A stretch of 64,000 nt of DNA from positions 288,001 through 352,000 of the forward strand of contig OY771506.1 of the NCBI GenBank assembly GCA_963674705.1, written 5' to 3'. Position numbers and translations under genes: made by a program. Position 1 is the first letter of the stretch. Each line of letters starts with the position of its first letter. The notes below the pieces were generated by a model. That model made no database searches and was not told the origin of the DNA. It saw nothing but the letters and a program-made list of their open reading frames with translations. This stretch comes from Phycisphaeraceae bacterium. GTDB taxonomy: Bacteria > Planctomycetota > Phycisphaerae > Phycisphaerales > Phycisphaeraceae. This document shows positions 48,074 to 58,789 of the stretch, piece after piece.

Positions 48074-48628
48074 ATGAAGTCTCAGGAAATTCGGCCCGGT
48101 ATGGCTATCAATCTGGACGGCCAGGTCTGGCTGGTCGTCGATATAACCCACGTCAAGCCCGGCAAAGGGCCTGCCTACACCCAGGCGAAACTTAAAAGCC
48201 TGACGTCAGGCAAGAACGTCGACAAACGCTTCAATTCCGGCGAAGAAATCGAGGATATCAACCTCGACCGCCGCGAGGTTGAGTACCTGTACTCCGACGC
48301 CGATGGCGCGGTGTTTATGGATTGCCAGACCTACGACCAACTCACCATCCCCGCTGACATCCTCGACGACACTTTGCTCTACATCAAGCCCAACAACACA
48401 ATCACCGCGCTGTTTTTCAACGGCAACCCGATGACGGTCGAACTGCCCGCCGCGGTCGATCTGGAAGTCACCGAAACGCCGCCCGGCATCAAGAACGCGA
48501 CCGCAACCAACCAGCTCAAGGAAGCGGTGCTGGAAACCGGGCTCAAGACCCGCGTACCACCGTTTATCAACAACGGCCAGATCGTCCGCATCTCCACGAG
48601 GACGGGCGAATACCTCAGCAAAGTATGA
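48074..48628 (+). CDS. efp: Elongation factor P
   Basis: HVKPGKGPA, YLYSD, LETGL...VPPFI, TRTGEY. Confidence 0.96.
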   Translation: MKSQEIRPGMAINLDGQVWLVVDITHVKPGKGPAYTQAKLKSLTSGKNVDKRFNSGEEIEDINLDRREVEYLYSDADGAVFMDCQTYDQLTIPADILDDTLLYIKPNNTITALFFNGNPMTVELPAAVDLEVTETPPGIKNATATNQLKEAVLETGLKTRVPPFINNGQIVRISTRTGEYLSKV

Positions 48629-48656
48629 TTGATTGCCTAACTTAACTGAACCTCGC

Positions 48657-48690
48657 AGCCCCACCCCCTTTTACCGGGTGGGGCTTTTTT
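48657..48690 (+). terminator. Intrinsic terminator after efp
   Basis: AGCCCCACCC-loop-GGGTGGGGCT-TTTTT. Confidence 0.88.
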
Positions 48691-48725
48691 ATCTCGCCAA
48701 GACCGGCTGAGGGCATAAACTATGG

Positions 48726-50000
48726 GTGGAAGGGAGTGCGCCCGTGTCGCGTCATACCATCATCGTGTTCGCTGCTGTATTGCTGCTGTTGCCGGCAGGT
48801 TATCTGCGTGCCGATGAAGCGCCGCACGCCAGGGCCTATCTCGATGCGCTTGAAGCCGGGCTTGACCGGATCGAGCAGAACATGCCCCAGATCAGTAACG
48901 CCGCCGAAGTTGCCGCCAAACGTTTGTCGCGCGGTGCAGGTTTTGGTGTTCGCGGAGATGACGGGCTCGGAAGCGAACTGAGCAACCGGACCGGAACGCT
49001 GATGGGTTACGACGGGCGGCGAGGTGATGATGGCGATGTCATCCTGTACGTCATCGGTCTACCGGTATCAATCGAAACCGATGCTGCAGAACAAATCGAC
49101 ATACAACTTATCAAAGCGGCGGACCTCAAAGCCAACGGCTGCGTCGTCATCGGACTCGGTTCGACCGATCACCTGCGCCGACTTGGATTGATGGATCGTG
49201 CGATTGAAATCTGCGACGTCTGGCTGGATAACGCTGTGATTGAAGAGGACAGCCAACTCAATGCGCCGATCGAAACGGTGCAGAACGCGGCCGTAGCGTG
49301 GACGTTTGAATGCGAACTTTTCGCTGCCTTGACGCGCCAGAACAAAGTGCCGGTCGTACAAAAGAGCTTCGAAATCGACACGCTCCGTAAGCGTTGGTAC
49401 CGCTACGGCGTACAACACTTCCACCACGACCGCTGGCTCGATCCGATCGATGCGGGCACGCTGGGCAAAACCTATCTCAAAGAACTGGACACAGTGCTAC
49501 TCGATATAAGCACCAGCTCGTGGCGGGCGGTAGCGAAAACCGCAAATCGAGCATACACAACCAGAACAAATGACGGCACCATCTGGCTGCGTGCCGGTGG
49601 ACGATCACTGCCCTACCACAGCGGCAGCATCCTCAAAAACGATCCCGGCATTTTCACGCTTCTCACGCATGACGGCTCGAATCCGAAGCTGCCGGCCCCC
49701 GGCAACAATGACATGCTCATCGCGGTCGGCGACCATGAAACAGCAGGTAGCTGGGAATGGGGCGAACCTGAGTTGTTACGCAAGGCAGGACGCGGCGTTA
49801 CGTGGATCGTCAACGGCTACAACACGCAGCGGGCCGACCTCGACTACGGCGAAGTCATGATCGATCTCTGGGCCCCTGTCGGTGACAGCGTCGTGCGTAT
49901 CAAAAATTACGATGCCAACCTCGGCCCGGTCAGCGGGATCACCGGCGAAGCCGTGACCTGGATGATCGCGGCGGAAGTCGCCGGGCGCATGCAAGAATAA
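48726..50000 (+). CDS. Hypothetical secreted protein (possibly duplicated SIS-like alpha/beta domains)
   Basis: Signal peptide ending LRA-D; 424 aa; QISNAAEVAAKRL and GCVVIGLGS resemble SIS-type segments. Confidence 0.65.
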   Translation: MEGSAPVSRHTIIVFAAVLLLLPAGYLRADEAPHARAYLDALEAGLDRIEQNMPQISNAAEVAAKRLSRGAGFGVRGDDGLGSELSNRTGTLMGYDGRRGDDGDVILYVIGLPVSIETDAAEQIDIQLIKAADLKANGCVVIGLGSTDHLRRLGLMDRAIEICDVWLDNAVIEEDSQLNAPIETVQNAAVAWTFECELFAALTRQNKVPVVQKSFEIDTLRKRWYRYGVQHFHHDRWLDPIDAGTLGKTYLKELDTVLLDISTSSWRAVAKTANRAYTTRTNDGTIWLRAGGRSLPYHSGSILKNDPGIFTLLTHDGSNPKLPAPGNNDMLIAVGDHETAGSWEWGEPELLRKAGRGVTWIVNGYNTQRADLDYGEVMIDLWAPVGDSVVRIKNYDANLGPVSGITGEAVTWMIAAEVAGRMQE

Positions 50001-50039
50001 ACGGTTACGTCTGCCGCGTGATTGGCGTATCATGTCTGC

Positions 50040-50795
50040 ATGAGCGTGCCGCGCCTCTATGATGATCTTGCCTGGCTTTGGCCGCTGCTCAGCCCACCGG
50101 AACATTACGAGTCGGAGGCGGCGGTATTGCTCGATCTGATCGATCGCCACGGCAAACGCGCAAAAGGCGAACGCTACAGCGTGCTGGAACTGGGCGCGGG
50201 CGGTGGACACACACTGGTGCATCTTGCCAACCGATTCGACTGCACAGCCGTCGACCTGTCAGAACCGATGCTGGCGAACTGCAAAATGCTCGTACCCGAA
50301 GCGGAAACGATTGTGGGCGACATGCGCTCGGTGCGGCTTGGCCGAACGTTCAGCGCGGTATTCATCCACGACGCGATCGATTACATGCTCTGCGAGGAAG
50401 ATGTCCGCAAAGCGCTACAGACCGCTGCGGAGCATCTCGAACCCGGCGGCTTGTGCGCAGTCGCACCGACCTATATCCGTGACGAATTTGTAGACGGCGA
50501 TGTCGCCGACGACGGCACAACGACCGACGCGCAAGACCTGACGTACTTCACCTACGTTCACGACCCCGACCCGAACGACAACACGTTCGAAATGATCCTG
50601 CTCTACCTGATCCGTGACAACAATACACGCCAGGTCGAAGTCGTCGAAGACCGGCACACCTGCGGCCTGTTCTCACAACAACAATGGCTTGCATGGATAG
50701 AAGAAGCAGGCTTTGAAGCGCGTTGCGAAGAATCAACCACAGATAGCGAACCATGGACGTTGTTTGTGGGGGTAAAACTGGGGGGCAAGTCTTGA
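50040..50795 (+). CDS. Class I SAM-dependent methyltransferase
   Basis: VLELGAGGGH, AVDLSEPML, GDMR, HDAIDY, LEPGG. Confidence 0.9.
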   Translation: MSVPRLYDDLAWLWPLLSPPEHYESEAAVLLDLIDRHGKRAKGERYSVLELGAGGGHTLVHLANRFDCTAVDLSEPMLANCKMLVPEAETIVGDMRSVRLGRTFSAVFIHDAIDYMLCEEDVRKALQTAAEHLEPGGLCAVAPTYIRDEFVDGDVADDGTTTDAQDLTYFTYVHDPDPNDNTFEMILLYLIRDNNTRQVEVVEDRHTCGLFSQQQWLAWIEEAGFEARCEESTTDSEPWTLFVGVKLGGKS

Positions 50796-51045
50796 TTTAC
50801 CTTGAATTCATGTCACCAAGCCAGTAGGATATTCAGATATTGCGGTTTCAAGTGTGGCTGTCTGTGCGACGCGCTAGGCGGCTGCAAGGTCCGTGGGAGA
50901 CGCGATTGACTGGAAACAGATATAAGTTGTGAGCGTGAGGATTTTGTGCTGTAACTGCGCGAACCTCACTTATTGTCGCACTTAAGCCATCTCAGCCGTA
51001 GTGGGTGAGTAGATTATTCATACCTTATTCGAATCGAGGAAACCC

Positions 51046-52593
51046 ATGTACCGTAGCTCAGTATTTATAAAAACGACCACGTGTATATCAATGTTCCTGG
51101 TGACAATTGCCACGAATCCAGCGCGTACGAACGCTGCTATCGAGATCCGAACCGTCGCCTATGTCGGCGGTAAGGCGGCGGGGATATCCGATGACGCGAC
51201 GTTTAGCCATATCGAATCGGTAGGATTCCATACCACCATCAGCAATTCGGGCAAGGTCGCGTTTATAGGCCAAGCCTTCAGTTTGCAGCCTTCTCCTGTT
51301 TTTGCCAGAGGGCTATGGGTGGAAAATGATGGCATCATGTCGTTGGTCGCCCTTGAGGGCCAGCAAGCGATCGGGGCCGAAGCCGGGATTAATTATAAGC
51401 GTATCAGCATCCCACAACTCGACGCGGTTGGACACGTGTCATTCATGGCTTCAGTAATGGGGCCGGGTATAGATAATAGTAATAATACAGGTATTTGGTC
51501 AGATACCGGCGCCGGCCTCGAGTTGATTACCAGGAGAGGGATGCAAGCGCCGGGTGAGGCGGAGGGCGTGCTGATTGAACAGCTGAACTTCTTCCGTACC
51601 AATGGCGCCGGGCAGACGATGGTTGATTCGCGGCTCATTGGCCCGGGGATTGATTTAGACAATCGTTATCGAACATGGATTCACGAATCAGGTATGCTGA
51701 CACAGTACCAACCGGGGATCGATCCGCCTTTGCATGAGTTGTTTGTCGCGATGGGACCCGAACTGGAAGTTCAGAGCGGTGACCCGGCGCCGGGCTTCAT
51801 ACCTGCCAAGGAATTCTTGGGCCCCGACAGCAGCCGAACTGTGACTAATCACACGGGTCAGCGCCTCTTCCACTCCTTCCTGGCCGACCCGGGCGCGGCT
51901 TCATCCAGCACAGGGAGCATCTGGTTGGAGGATGACAATGGACTCAGGTTGATCGCTTATGAAGGTCAACAGGTACAGGGTATGGAGGTGGGGACGATGT
52001 ATGACTACTTGAATCCGTTTTTCAGTTTGAATACGCACGGCCACGTTGCGTTCCGTGCAAACATACAAGGCCCAGACCTCCAAAGTAACCGGGGAATCTG
52101 GATTGACCGTGAAGGTGTGCTTGAAATGGTTGCAGACGCACAGACCCACGCACCGGGAACCGGTCTGGGGGTAAACTTCGCGATTTTCGAGGCATTGGGA
52201 CTGAACGACCGAGGTGCGGTTGTCTTCGGTGCGCAGTTACAGGGCCTGGGTGTGGACGATACAAATGACCGGGGTATCTGGCTATACGATCACGGCGATC
52301 TGGAACTGATCGTGCGAGAAGGAAACCAACTTGAAGTCGCCCCCGGAGACTTGCGGACGATCGATTCGTTCCAGTTTGATCCAACCAACGAAGATAACGG
52401 GTATTTATCCGGATTCAATGACCATAACTGTCTGGCGTTCACCGCGACGTTTACAGACGGCACCACCGGTGTATTCGTGGCTACGCCTGAGCCCGGTAGC
52501 GCCATCCTGTATTCATCAGGTGCGATATTGCTATTGCGTTCGCGAAAAAAATTGGCTTCCCTGAGCCATGCTTCTGATCGTGGAGATTATTAG
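51046..52593 (+). CDS. Secreted NxxGxxAF tandem-repeat protein with PEP-CTERM-like anchor
   Basis: Repeats SNSGKVAF, LNTHGHVAF, LNDRGAVVF with GIW motifs; C-terminal TPEPGSAILYSSGAILLLRSRKK; GAGGA RBS. Confidence 0.85.
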   Translation: MYRSSVFIKTTTCISMFLVTIATNPARTNAAIEIRTVAYVGGKAAGISDDATFSHIESVGFHTTISNSGKVAFIGQAFSLQPSPVFARGLWVENDGIMSLVALEGQQAIGAEAGINYKRISIPQLDAVGHVSFMASVMGPGIDNSNNTGIWSDTGAGLELITRRGMQAPGEAEGVLIEQLNFFRTNGAGQTMVDSRLIGPGIDLDNRYRTWIHESGMLTQYQPGIDPPLHELFVAMGPELEVQSGDPAPGFIPAKEFLGPDSSRTVTNHTGQRLFHSFLADPGAASSSTGSIWLEDDNGLRLIAYEGQQVQGMEVGTMYDYLNPFFSLNTHGHVAFRANIQGPDLQSNRGIWIDREGVLEMVADAQTHAPGTGLGVNFAIFEALGLNDRGAVVFGAQLQGLGVDDTNDRGIWLYDHGDLELIVREGNQLEVAPGDLRTIDSFQFDPTNEDNGYLSGFNDHNCLAFTATFTDGTTGVFVATPEPGSAILYSSGAILLLRSRKKLASLSHASDRGDY

Positions 52594-52663
52594 GAACAAC
52601 AAAGTCCCACGTTTCTACGTGGGGCTCGAGGGTGAAGTATTTAATTGACTGCAACCCAACGAC

Positions 52664-54799
52664 TCATCCACTGTGCGCCGGCAGGTAATACTGCTGCGTA
52701 TACTCCCCGACCATCCGGTTCGTATTAAACATACCGGGCACGGTCTTGAGCGAGTTGGCCATGATCTTGACCCAGCGTGAGGGGATACCGGCGCGGTTGC
52801 GTGTGTAGAACGTTGGCACGATGGTTTTTTCGAGCAGCGTATAGAGACAGTCGGCATCATAGGCGTTTTGTTTGCGCAGGCTCGTGTATTCCCGGCCGTC
52901 GCCGATCGCAAAGCCGTTACGCTTGTTGTAACCCTCGGGCCACCAGCCATCGAGCACGGACAGGTTCACCCCACCATGCAGCGGCGGCTTCATCCCGCTC
53001 GTGCCGGAGGCTTCGTTGGGGCGCAACGGATTGTTCAACCAGATGTCGCAGCCCGAAGTCAGCATGCGTCCGACCTGCATGTCGTAGTTTTCGATCACAA
53101 CGACCTTGCCCTTGAAGCCCGCCTTCTGCGAATATCTAACAATCTGCTTCAGGTACTTCTGCCCGTCCATGTCGGCGGGGTGTGCCTTGCCTGCAAAGAT
53201 CAACTGCACGGGGCGTTTCTCGTCGCCGAGGATCTTCATCAAGCGCTTCGCATCATGGAAAATCAGCGGGGCGCGTTTATACGTCGCGAATCGTCGGGCA
53301 AAACCGATGGTCAGCGCGTTGTCATCCAGCATGCACTCGGCATCGATGATCGCCTGTGCATCGCCGCCGTGACGCACCGCCTGCTCGACCAGCCGCTGCC
53401 GCGCAAAACGTACAAGCCGACTGCGGAGCACGCTGCGCAGTTCCCAGAGCGCCTCGGCCGGAACGCGATCAACCTTTTTCCACGGGTCATCAAACGCACC
53501 GGCATCGTGCGCCTTCGGCTTGATGTACTTGCGATAGAACGGCTGCGCTTCGGGCGAGAGCCATGTCTGGAAGTGTACACCGTTGGTCACGTGACCGATC
53601 GGCACGTCCTTCGCCTTGTCGACATCGAAGATCTTCTGCCACATTTCGCGCGACACTTCGCCGTGCAGTTTCGCAACGCCGTTGGCGCGTCGGCTTAAAC
53701 GCAGCGCAAGTGCCGTCATGCACATCGGGGCCTTGGCGTTGCCGGGATCTTCACTTCCCAGTTCCATGAGTTTGGACATCTTCAGGTCGGTGCCCTTAAG
53801 TAGCGGCTTGAAGTATTTGCGTGTCAGTGCAGGTGTGAAGCGGTCGTGCCCTGCCGGGACGGGCGTGTGTGTTGTGAAGACCGTGTGCGAAGCGACCTTT
53901 TCGATCACATCGTCGAGCTTGCTCTTTTTCGTCATCTGATCGAGTACCGCCTTGACCGGCGCGAACGCGGCATGCCCTTCGTTGAGGTGCAACACGGTGG
54001 GCTTGATGCCGACCGTCTTAAGCGCCATCACGCCACCAACACCGAGTAGAACCTCCTGGCGGATGCGTGTTTCGTTGTTGCCGCCATAGAGGAAGGATGT
54101 AATCTTCCTGTCCGTTGGTTTATTCTCGGGTAAATCGGTATCCAGCAGATACAGCTCCACCCGCCCGACATCGACGCGCCAGATCTTGACCTTCACCTTG
54201 CTCGACGCCATGCGGATCGCGAAGGTTTTTTTCGTATCCGTTACGGGCAGTTTGCAGAAGTCGTAGCTCGGATAGATCGGATGCGTTGAGCCGTCCTGCC
54301 CGATTTCCTGCCGGTAGTAGCCGTGCCGATAGAGCAGGCCCACAGCCGTGAGTGGAACGCCGAGGTCCGATGCGCTTTTCAAGTGATCGCCCGCCAATAC
54401 ACCGAGCCCGCCGGAGTAGATCGGCAGACTTTCGTGCAATGCAAACTCGGCGCTGAAGTAAGCGACGCGCATCCGCTTCTGCTTCGCCGTTGCGGTACGG
54501 GCAAACCATGCCTTGCTGCGCTTATATACTGCAAGGTCTTTCTCGCACGCAGCCAGGCGTTTTAAAAAATCAACTTCTTCGGCCAGTTGGTCAAGACGAT
54601 ACTCCGGCAACTGATCGATGACCTTCAACGGGTTGCGTTCGGTCGCTTCCCACAGGACCGGATCGAGCGAAGCGAACAGGCGTTGCGTGTCGGCGTCCCA
54701 GGTCCAGCGCAGGTTCATCGCCAGATCATGGAGCCGTTGCGTGACGTTAACCGGTTTAACGGTCTTGCGTGTCTGTCGCGTCTTGCGGGTCTTTGCCAT
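52664..54799 (-). CDS. glgP: Alpha-glucan (glycogen/starch) phosphorylase
   Basis: YSGGLGVLAGD, HLNEGH, FTTHTPV, ARRFATYKR, EASGTSGMK, LDGWW. Confidence 0.95.
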   Translation of the reverse strand: MAKTRKTRQTRKTVKPVNVTQRLHDLAMNLRWTWDADTQRLFASLDPVLWEATERNPLKVIDQLPEYRLDQLAEEVDFLKRLAACEKDLAVYKRSKAWFARTATAKQKRMRVAYFSAEFALHESLPIYSGGLGVLAGDHLKSASDLGVPLTAVGLLYRHGYYRQEIGQDGSTHPIYPSYDFCKLPVTDTKKTFAIRMASSKVKVKIWRVDVGRVELYLLDTDLPENKPTDRKITSFLYGGNNETRIRQEVLLGVGGVMALKTVGIKPTVLHLNEGHAAFAPVKAVLDQMTKKSKLDDVIEKVASHTVFTTHTPVPAGHDRFTPALTRKYFKPLLKGTDLKMSKLMELGSEDPGNAKAPMCMTALALRLSRRANGVAKLHGEVSREMWQKIFDVDKAKDVPIGHVTNGVHFQTWLSPEAQPFYRKYIKPKAHDAGAFDDPWKKVDRVPAEALWELRSVLRSRLVRFARQRLVEQAVRHGGDAQAIIDAECMLDDNALTIGFARRFATYKRAPLIFHDAKRLMKILGDEKRPVQLIFAGKAHPADMDGQKYLKQIVRYSQKAGFKGKVVVIENYDMQVGRMLTSGCDIWLNNPLRPNEASGTSGMKPPLHGGVNLSVLDGWWPEGYNKRNGFAIGDGREYTSLRKQNAYDADCLYTLLEKTIVPTFYTRNRAGIPSRWVKIMANSLKTVPGMFNTNRMVGEYTQQYYLPAHSG

Positions 54800-54868
54800 C
54801 GTTCGCTTCACTTTCGTTTGTATTGCGTGATTGTGTTTGCGTGAGTGTAAGTCAATCGCACACGTTTC

Positions 54869-56389
54869 TCATGCTCGGCCGAACAGCGCGGTCTGCGCCG
54901 CCAGCCAGCGTGCGTGCGACTTCTTCAGTTGGCCCGGCTTCAATCGCCAGGTCCAGTTGCCCCGGAGCGTGCCGGGGATGTTCATCCTCCCCCGGCTGTC
55001 CAGTCCCAAGAGGTCCTGAACCGGAAAGATAGCGGTATTGGAGACCGAACTCAAAGTGAGTCGGATCAGGTCCTGGTGGATCGTCCGCGGCGACCCCCCG
55101 GTGTATGAGAGGATACGTTTGCGTTCGCTCAATCCGTTTTTGTCAGGCTTTCGGCCGGCATTGAGGAACCAGCCGCGTGCGGTGTCGTTGTCGTGCGTCC
55201 CGGTATAGACCACACTCCGGGCGTGGTAGTTGTGCGGCATGTAGTAGGTATCGTCCTCACCGAAGGCGAACTGTAATACGCGCATGCCGGGGAATTCGAA
55301 CTTATCTCGCAACGCTTCCGCCTCGGTGGTCAACACGCCAAGGTCTTCGGCGATGATCGGCACGCTGCCAAGCCTGCGCTTAAGCACCTGGAACAGGTCC
55401 GCCCCCGGGCCCTTGCGCCATTTGCCTCGCCGTGCATCCTTATCTTCCGCGGGCACCGCCCAGAACCGGCAGAAGCCCAGGAAGTGATCGATCCGCGCAG
55501 TGTCGTATTGCGTCAGGCATCGGCGGAATCGCTCGACCCACCAGGCATAACCGGATGTTTTGTGTTTGTCCCAATCGTAAAGCGGGTGCTTCCAGAGTTG
55601 GCCCGTCTTGCTGAACGCGTCCGGCGGAGCGCCGGAAATCACCTTCGGCTTGCCGTTGGCCTTGAGCAGGAATAACTCGGGATTGGCCCAGACATCGCAA
55701 CTGTCTTGCGCCACAAAGATCGGGATGTCGCCGATCAGGCCGATGCCCAGATTTTTGCAATGCTTCTTCAGCGCGTTCCACTGCTTATCGAACTGATATT
55801 GCAGGAACACGCTGTAATCGATCTTGTCGGCCAGGTGTTCACGGGCTTGCTGAAGGTCGGCCTTGCGACGCTTGCGGATCCCGTCGGGCCACTTCCACCA
55901 CGGCCGATTGCGCGTCGTATAACGCAACGCGCTGAACATCGCCCAATCATCCAGCCAGGCCTTGTGCTGCTCGTGGAACTTCGCCATCGCATCGCGGTTG
56001 CGCTTTGGCCCATCAACAAAGCTCTCATACGCCAGCTTCAGCAGCGGCTCCCGCCGCTTGCGCACGGCGGCATAGTCGACCTTGTTCTGATTGATCCCGG
56101 CAAAGCGTTTGATGTCGGCTCGACTCAGCAAACCGTCGCGATACAAAAGCTCCAGGCTGATCAGCGTGGGATCGCCGGCGAAAGCGGAGTATGCGCTGTA
56201 CGGGCAGCCATGCTTGTCTGCCGGGTTGATCGGCAGCGTCTGCCACCAGCGCTGACCCGCGTCCGCCAGGAAGTCAGCAAACTTATACGCCTCCAGCCCA
56301 AGGTCCCCGCAGCCGTACGGCCCGGGCAACGAGGTCGGGTGCAGCAGGATCCCGCTGCTACGCTTTGATAAAGTTGGACCACCACTCAA
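54869..56389 (-). CDS. malQ: 4-alpha-glucanotransferase (GH77)
   Basis: GILLHPTSLP, GDIPIF, RIDHFLGF, AEDLG, YTGTHDN, MNIPG; TTG start after AGGAG. Confidence 0.95.
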   Translation of the reverse strand: MSGGPTLSKRSSGILLHPTSLPGPYGCGDLGLEAYKFADFLADAGQRWWQTLPINPADKHGCPYSAYSAFAGDPTLISLELLYRDGLLSRADIKRFAGINQNKVDYAAVRKRREPLLKLAYESFVDGPKRNRDAMAKFHEQHKAWLDDWAMFSALRYTTRNRPWWKWPDGIRKRRKADLQQAREHLADKIDYSVFLQYQFDKQWNALKKHCKNLGIGLIGDIPIFVAQDSCDVWANPELFLLKANGKPKVISGAPPDAFSKTGQLWKHPLYDWDKHKTSGYAWWVERFRRCLTQYDTARIDHFLGFCRFWAVPAEDKDARRGKWRKGPGADLFQVLKRRLGSVPIIAEDLGVLTTEAEALRDKFEFPGMRVLQFAFGEDDTYYMPHNYHARSVVYTGTHDNDTARGWFLNAGRKPDKNGLSERKRILSYTGGSPRTIHQDLIRLTLSSVSNTAIFPVQDLLGLDSRGRMNIPGTLRGNWTWRLKPGQLKKSHARWLAAQTALFGRA

Positions 56390-56430
56390 GGTCTTGGGCT
56401 CCTGTTTCAAAGCCCAAAGGATAACGTATT

Positions 56431-56481
56431 TAGCCCGGGGTCGACGACCCCGGGCCGGCCCCACGTCGTCGACGTGGGGCA
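56431..56481. repeat. Pair of REP-like GC-rich hairpins
   Basis: GCCCGGGGTCGACGACCCCGGGC and GCCCCACGTCGTCGACGTGGGGC; related CCCACGT...ACGTGGG near 52606-52623. Confidence 0.6.
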
Positions 56482-56490
56482 AAATAATCG

Positions 56491-57555
56491 TTACCCGATC
56501 GCTCCCGTGCAGCTCGATCCCGCCCCGGCGGTGCAGCCGAAGCAGTGGGTGCCCGTGCGGATCGATCGGCCGATCAATTCATCGGGTGTGTAGTCCCAGA
56601 GCTTTTTGCTCCGCGCCTCGATGATGTGCTCTTCTTCCACCCCGTCATCCAGCCCATCCAGCGCCATCAACAGCATCTGGTTGAAGTCGCAGTCATACAC
56701 ACTCCCCTGCCAACCGATGCTAACCAAGTCCCGGCACATGACGCCTTCAACATTGCTCGGATTATGTGCATCAATGAGCTTGGCGATGTAGCTGTCGTAT
56801 TGCCCGTCGCGCTTCAAAGCATGCTCGAAACGTTTGATCGGCATGTTGGTAATCGTCCACAGCTTGTTAAATACAATACCGAAGTGTTCCGCGAGGTACT
56901 TCTTGTAGTCGGTTTCGAGCGAAGCCTGAGCGGGCGGTAGCCCGTAGCCAACGGGGTTGTAGACCAGGTCGAGCCGAAGACCGCTGTCTTCCTTGCCATA
57001 CCCGAGCATGTTGAGTTTGCGCAGCGCCTTGATAGAACCGTCATACACGCCCTTACCTCGCTGCTTATCAACGTTGTCTTCCAGGTAGCACGGCAAGCTG
57101 GCGGTCACCTCGACCTGACTCTCTGCAAGAAACAGTGCCAGATCTTCATACCCCGGCTCAAGCAGGATCGTGAGGTTACACCGGTCAATCACATGCAGAC
57201 CCAACCGCTTGATGGCAACAACCAGGTCACGGAAGTGCGGGTTCATCTCCGGCGCTCCGCCGGTCAGGTCCACGACTTCGATGCCCAATTCATCCTTGTA
57301 GCGCTTCAGCCAGCCGAGGATTTTCTCCATCGTCTGCCAGGTCATGATCTCCGTGCGGCCGGGCCCGGCCTCGACGTGGCAATGGTGGCACGCCAGATTA
57401 CACATCTTCCCGACGTTGATCTGAAGCGTCGTGATCGCCCGGCGGGTCAGCGTCTGCCCGTCAGCCGACAGCCGATCCGCAAAATGATCGCCTCCGGCAT
57501 CCTCGGCAAGCGGCAGCGGATAATCTTGTATGTTTCGTGCGGATTCCGTGGGCAT
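56491..57555 (-). CDS. arsS: Radical SAM protein, ArsS/DUF3641 family
   Basis: LQINVGKMCNLACHHCHV, LTGGAPE, ASLPCY, YDCDFNQML, HCFGCTAGAGSSC. Confidence 0.88.
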   Translation of the reverse strand: MPTESARNIQDYPLPLAEDAGGDHFADRLSADGQTLTRRAITTLQINVGKMCNLACHHCHVEAGPGRTEIMTWQTMEKILGWLKRYKDELGIEVVDLTGGAPEMNPHFRDLVVAIKRLGLHVIDRCNLTILLEPGYEDLALFLAESQVEVTASLPCYLEDNVDKQRGKGVYDGSIKALRKLNMLGYGKEDSGLRLDLVYNPVGYGLPPAQASLETDYKKYLAEHFGIVFNKLWTITNMPIKRFEHALKRDGQYDSYIAKLIDAHNPSNVEGVMCRDLVSIGWQGSVYDCDFNQMLLMALDGLDDGVEEEHIIEARSKKLWDYTPDELIGRSIRTGTHCFGCTAGAGSSCTGAIG

Positions 57556-57657
57556 ATGCGTGTAACAATGAAACAAGCCAGATTATTCCCCCTTCTTGCT
57601 GATACGCCCCCTCTTGCGGGGTACAATCCGCGGAGTCACATCAGAAGGAGATCAGGT

Positions 57658-58515
57658 ATGCAGACACGTAAACTGGGCAAGACCGACCTCGAACCGACCG
57701 TCATCGGCTTCGGCGGGGTCGTGGTGTGCGATGAGACACAAGACGATGCCAACCGCATGATCGCCGAGGCGTTCGACGCGGGCATCCGCTACTTCGACGT
57801 CGCCCCGCAGTACGGCAACGCTCAGCAGCGCATGGGCCCGGCCCTCGAGCCCTACCGTGACAACGTCATGCTCGCCTGCAAAACACTCGAACGTACAGCC
57901 GACGGCGCTCGCAAAGAGCTGGAAGACTCCCTGACCAAGCTGCGCACCGATCACTTCGACCTGTACCAGGCGCATGCCGTATCCAGCCTCGACGAAGCCA
58001 AGCAGATCCTCGGCCCCGGCGGCGCGATCGAGGCCTTCAAGGAAGCACAACAGGCGGGCAAGGTCCGCTACATCGGCTTCAGCGCCCACGATGAAGAAGC
58101 CGCCCTGCACCTGGTCGAGTCAGGCCTGTTCGCATCCGCCCTGTTCCCGCTGAACTACACCGTCCTGCAGCATGATGGCTTCGGCAAGAATCTGATCGAG
58201 GCAGCCAACGCCAAAGGTATGGGCCTGCTGTCGCTCAAGGCGATCGCACGGACAAAGATCCCGCAGGGCGGTGAACGTTCTCACAAGAAGTGCTGGTATG
58301 TGCCGGAGGATCGGCGGGATGTGGCGCACCTGATGCTGCGCTACGTGCTGAACCTGCCGGGCGTCGCCGCCGCCGTCCCCCCGGGCGATCCGGGCCTGTT
58401 CAAAATGGTCATGGGCTTCGCCGACAACATCGACCCGCTCAACGGCGAGGAACTGGCCGAACTCGAAGAAGCCGTAGGCGAAAACAGCCCCCTGTTCCCC
58501 CTGCAGACGGCGTAA
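57658..58515 (+). CDS. Aldo/keto reductase
   Basis: AAGGAG RBS; RKLGKT, FDVAPQYG, LACKT, DHFDLYQAH, GKVRYIGFSAH. Confidence 0.92.
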   Translation: MQTRKLGKTDLEPTVIGFGGVVVCDETQDDANRMIAEAFDAGIRYFDVAPQYGNAQQRMGPALEPYRDNVMLACKTLERTADGARKELEDSLTKLRTDHFDLYQAHAVSSLDEAKQILGPGGAIEAFKEAQQAGKVRYIGFSAHDEEAALHLVESGLFASALFPLNYTVLQHDGFGKNLIEAANAKGMGLLSLKAIARTKIPQGGERSHKKCWYVPEDRRDVAHLMLRYVLNLPGVAAAVPPGDPGLFKMVMGFADNIDPLNGEELAELEEAVGENSPLFPLQTA

Positions 58516-58525
58516 ACCGGTCCGG

Positions 58526-58682
58526 TCCCCTCTCCCCCCGGGAGAGGGTTAGGGTGAGGGCCGAATTCCTGGCGCTTTCATCATCCACGTTAACCTGCCA
58601 AAAACACCAATTATTGCTACGATCTGCGGTCCTGAACCCCGCTGCGTAACCCCGGCTAATCCCGGGCTTCCGCCCGGGGCTA
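58526..58682. repeat. REP-like cluster upstream of glyQS
   Basis: CCCCTCTCCCCCCGGGAGAGGGTTAGGGTGAGGG (related copies near 8778-8808 and 63227-63253) and CCCGGGCTTCCGCCCGGG. Confidence 0.7.
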
Positions 58683-58789
58683 TTGTGGATATGCCTTCAC
58701 AGGCTGCCGATGACTTGTACACCAACAGCCCCACCCGCAACGATGGGGTTCAACAACCCTCGAACCTTAAGTTACGCAGGACCAACCCC

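Noticed and set aside
56491..56520. Selenocysteine in the ArsS-like C-terminus
   Set aside because: The GSSC codon is TGC (Cys), not TGA; no arsenic methyltransferase gene is adjacent, so arsenosugar synthesis is not claimed
57193..57657. N-terminal extension of the aldo/keto reductase (440-aa ORF)
   Set aside because: Overlaps arsS on the opposite strand; the likely start is ATG 57658 with an AAGGAG RBS
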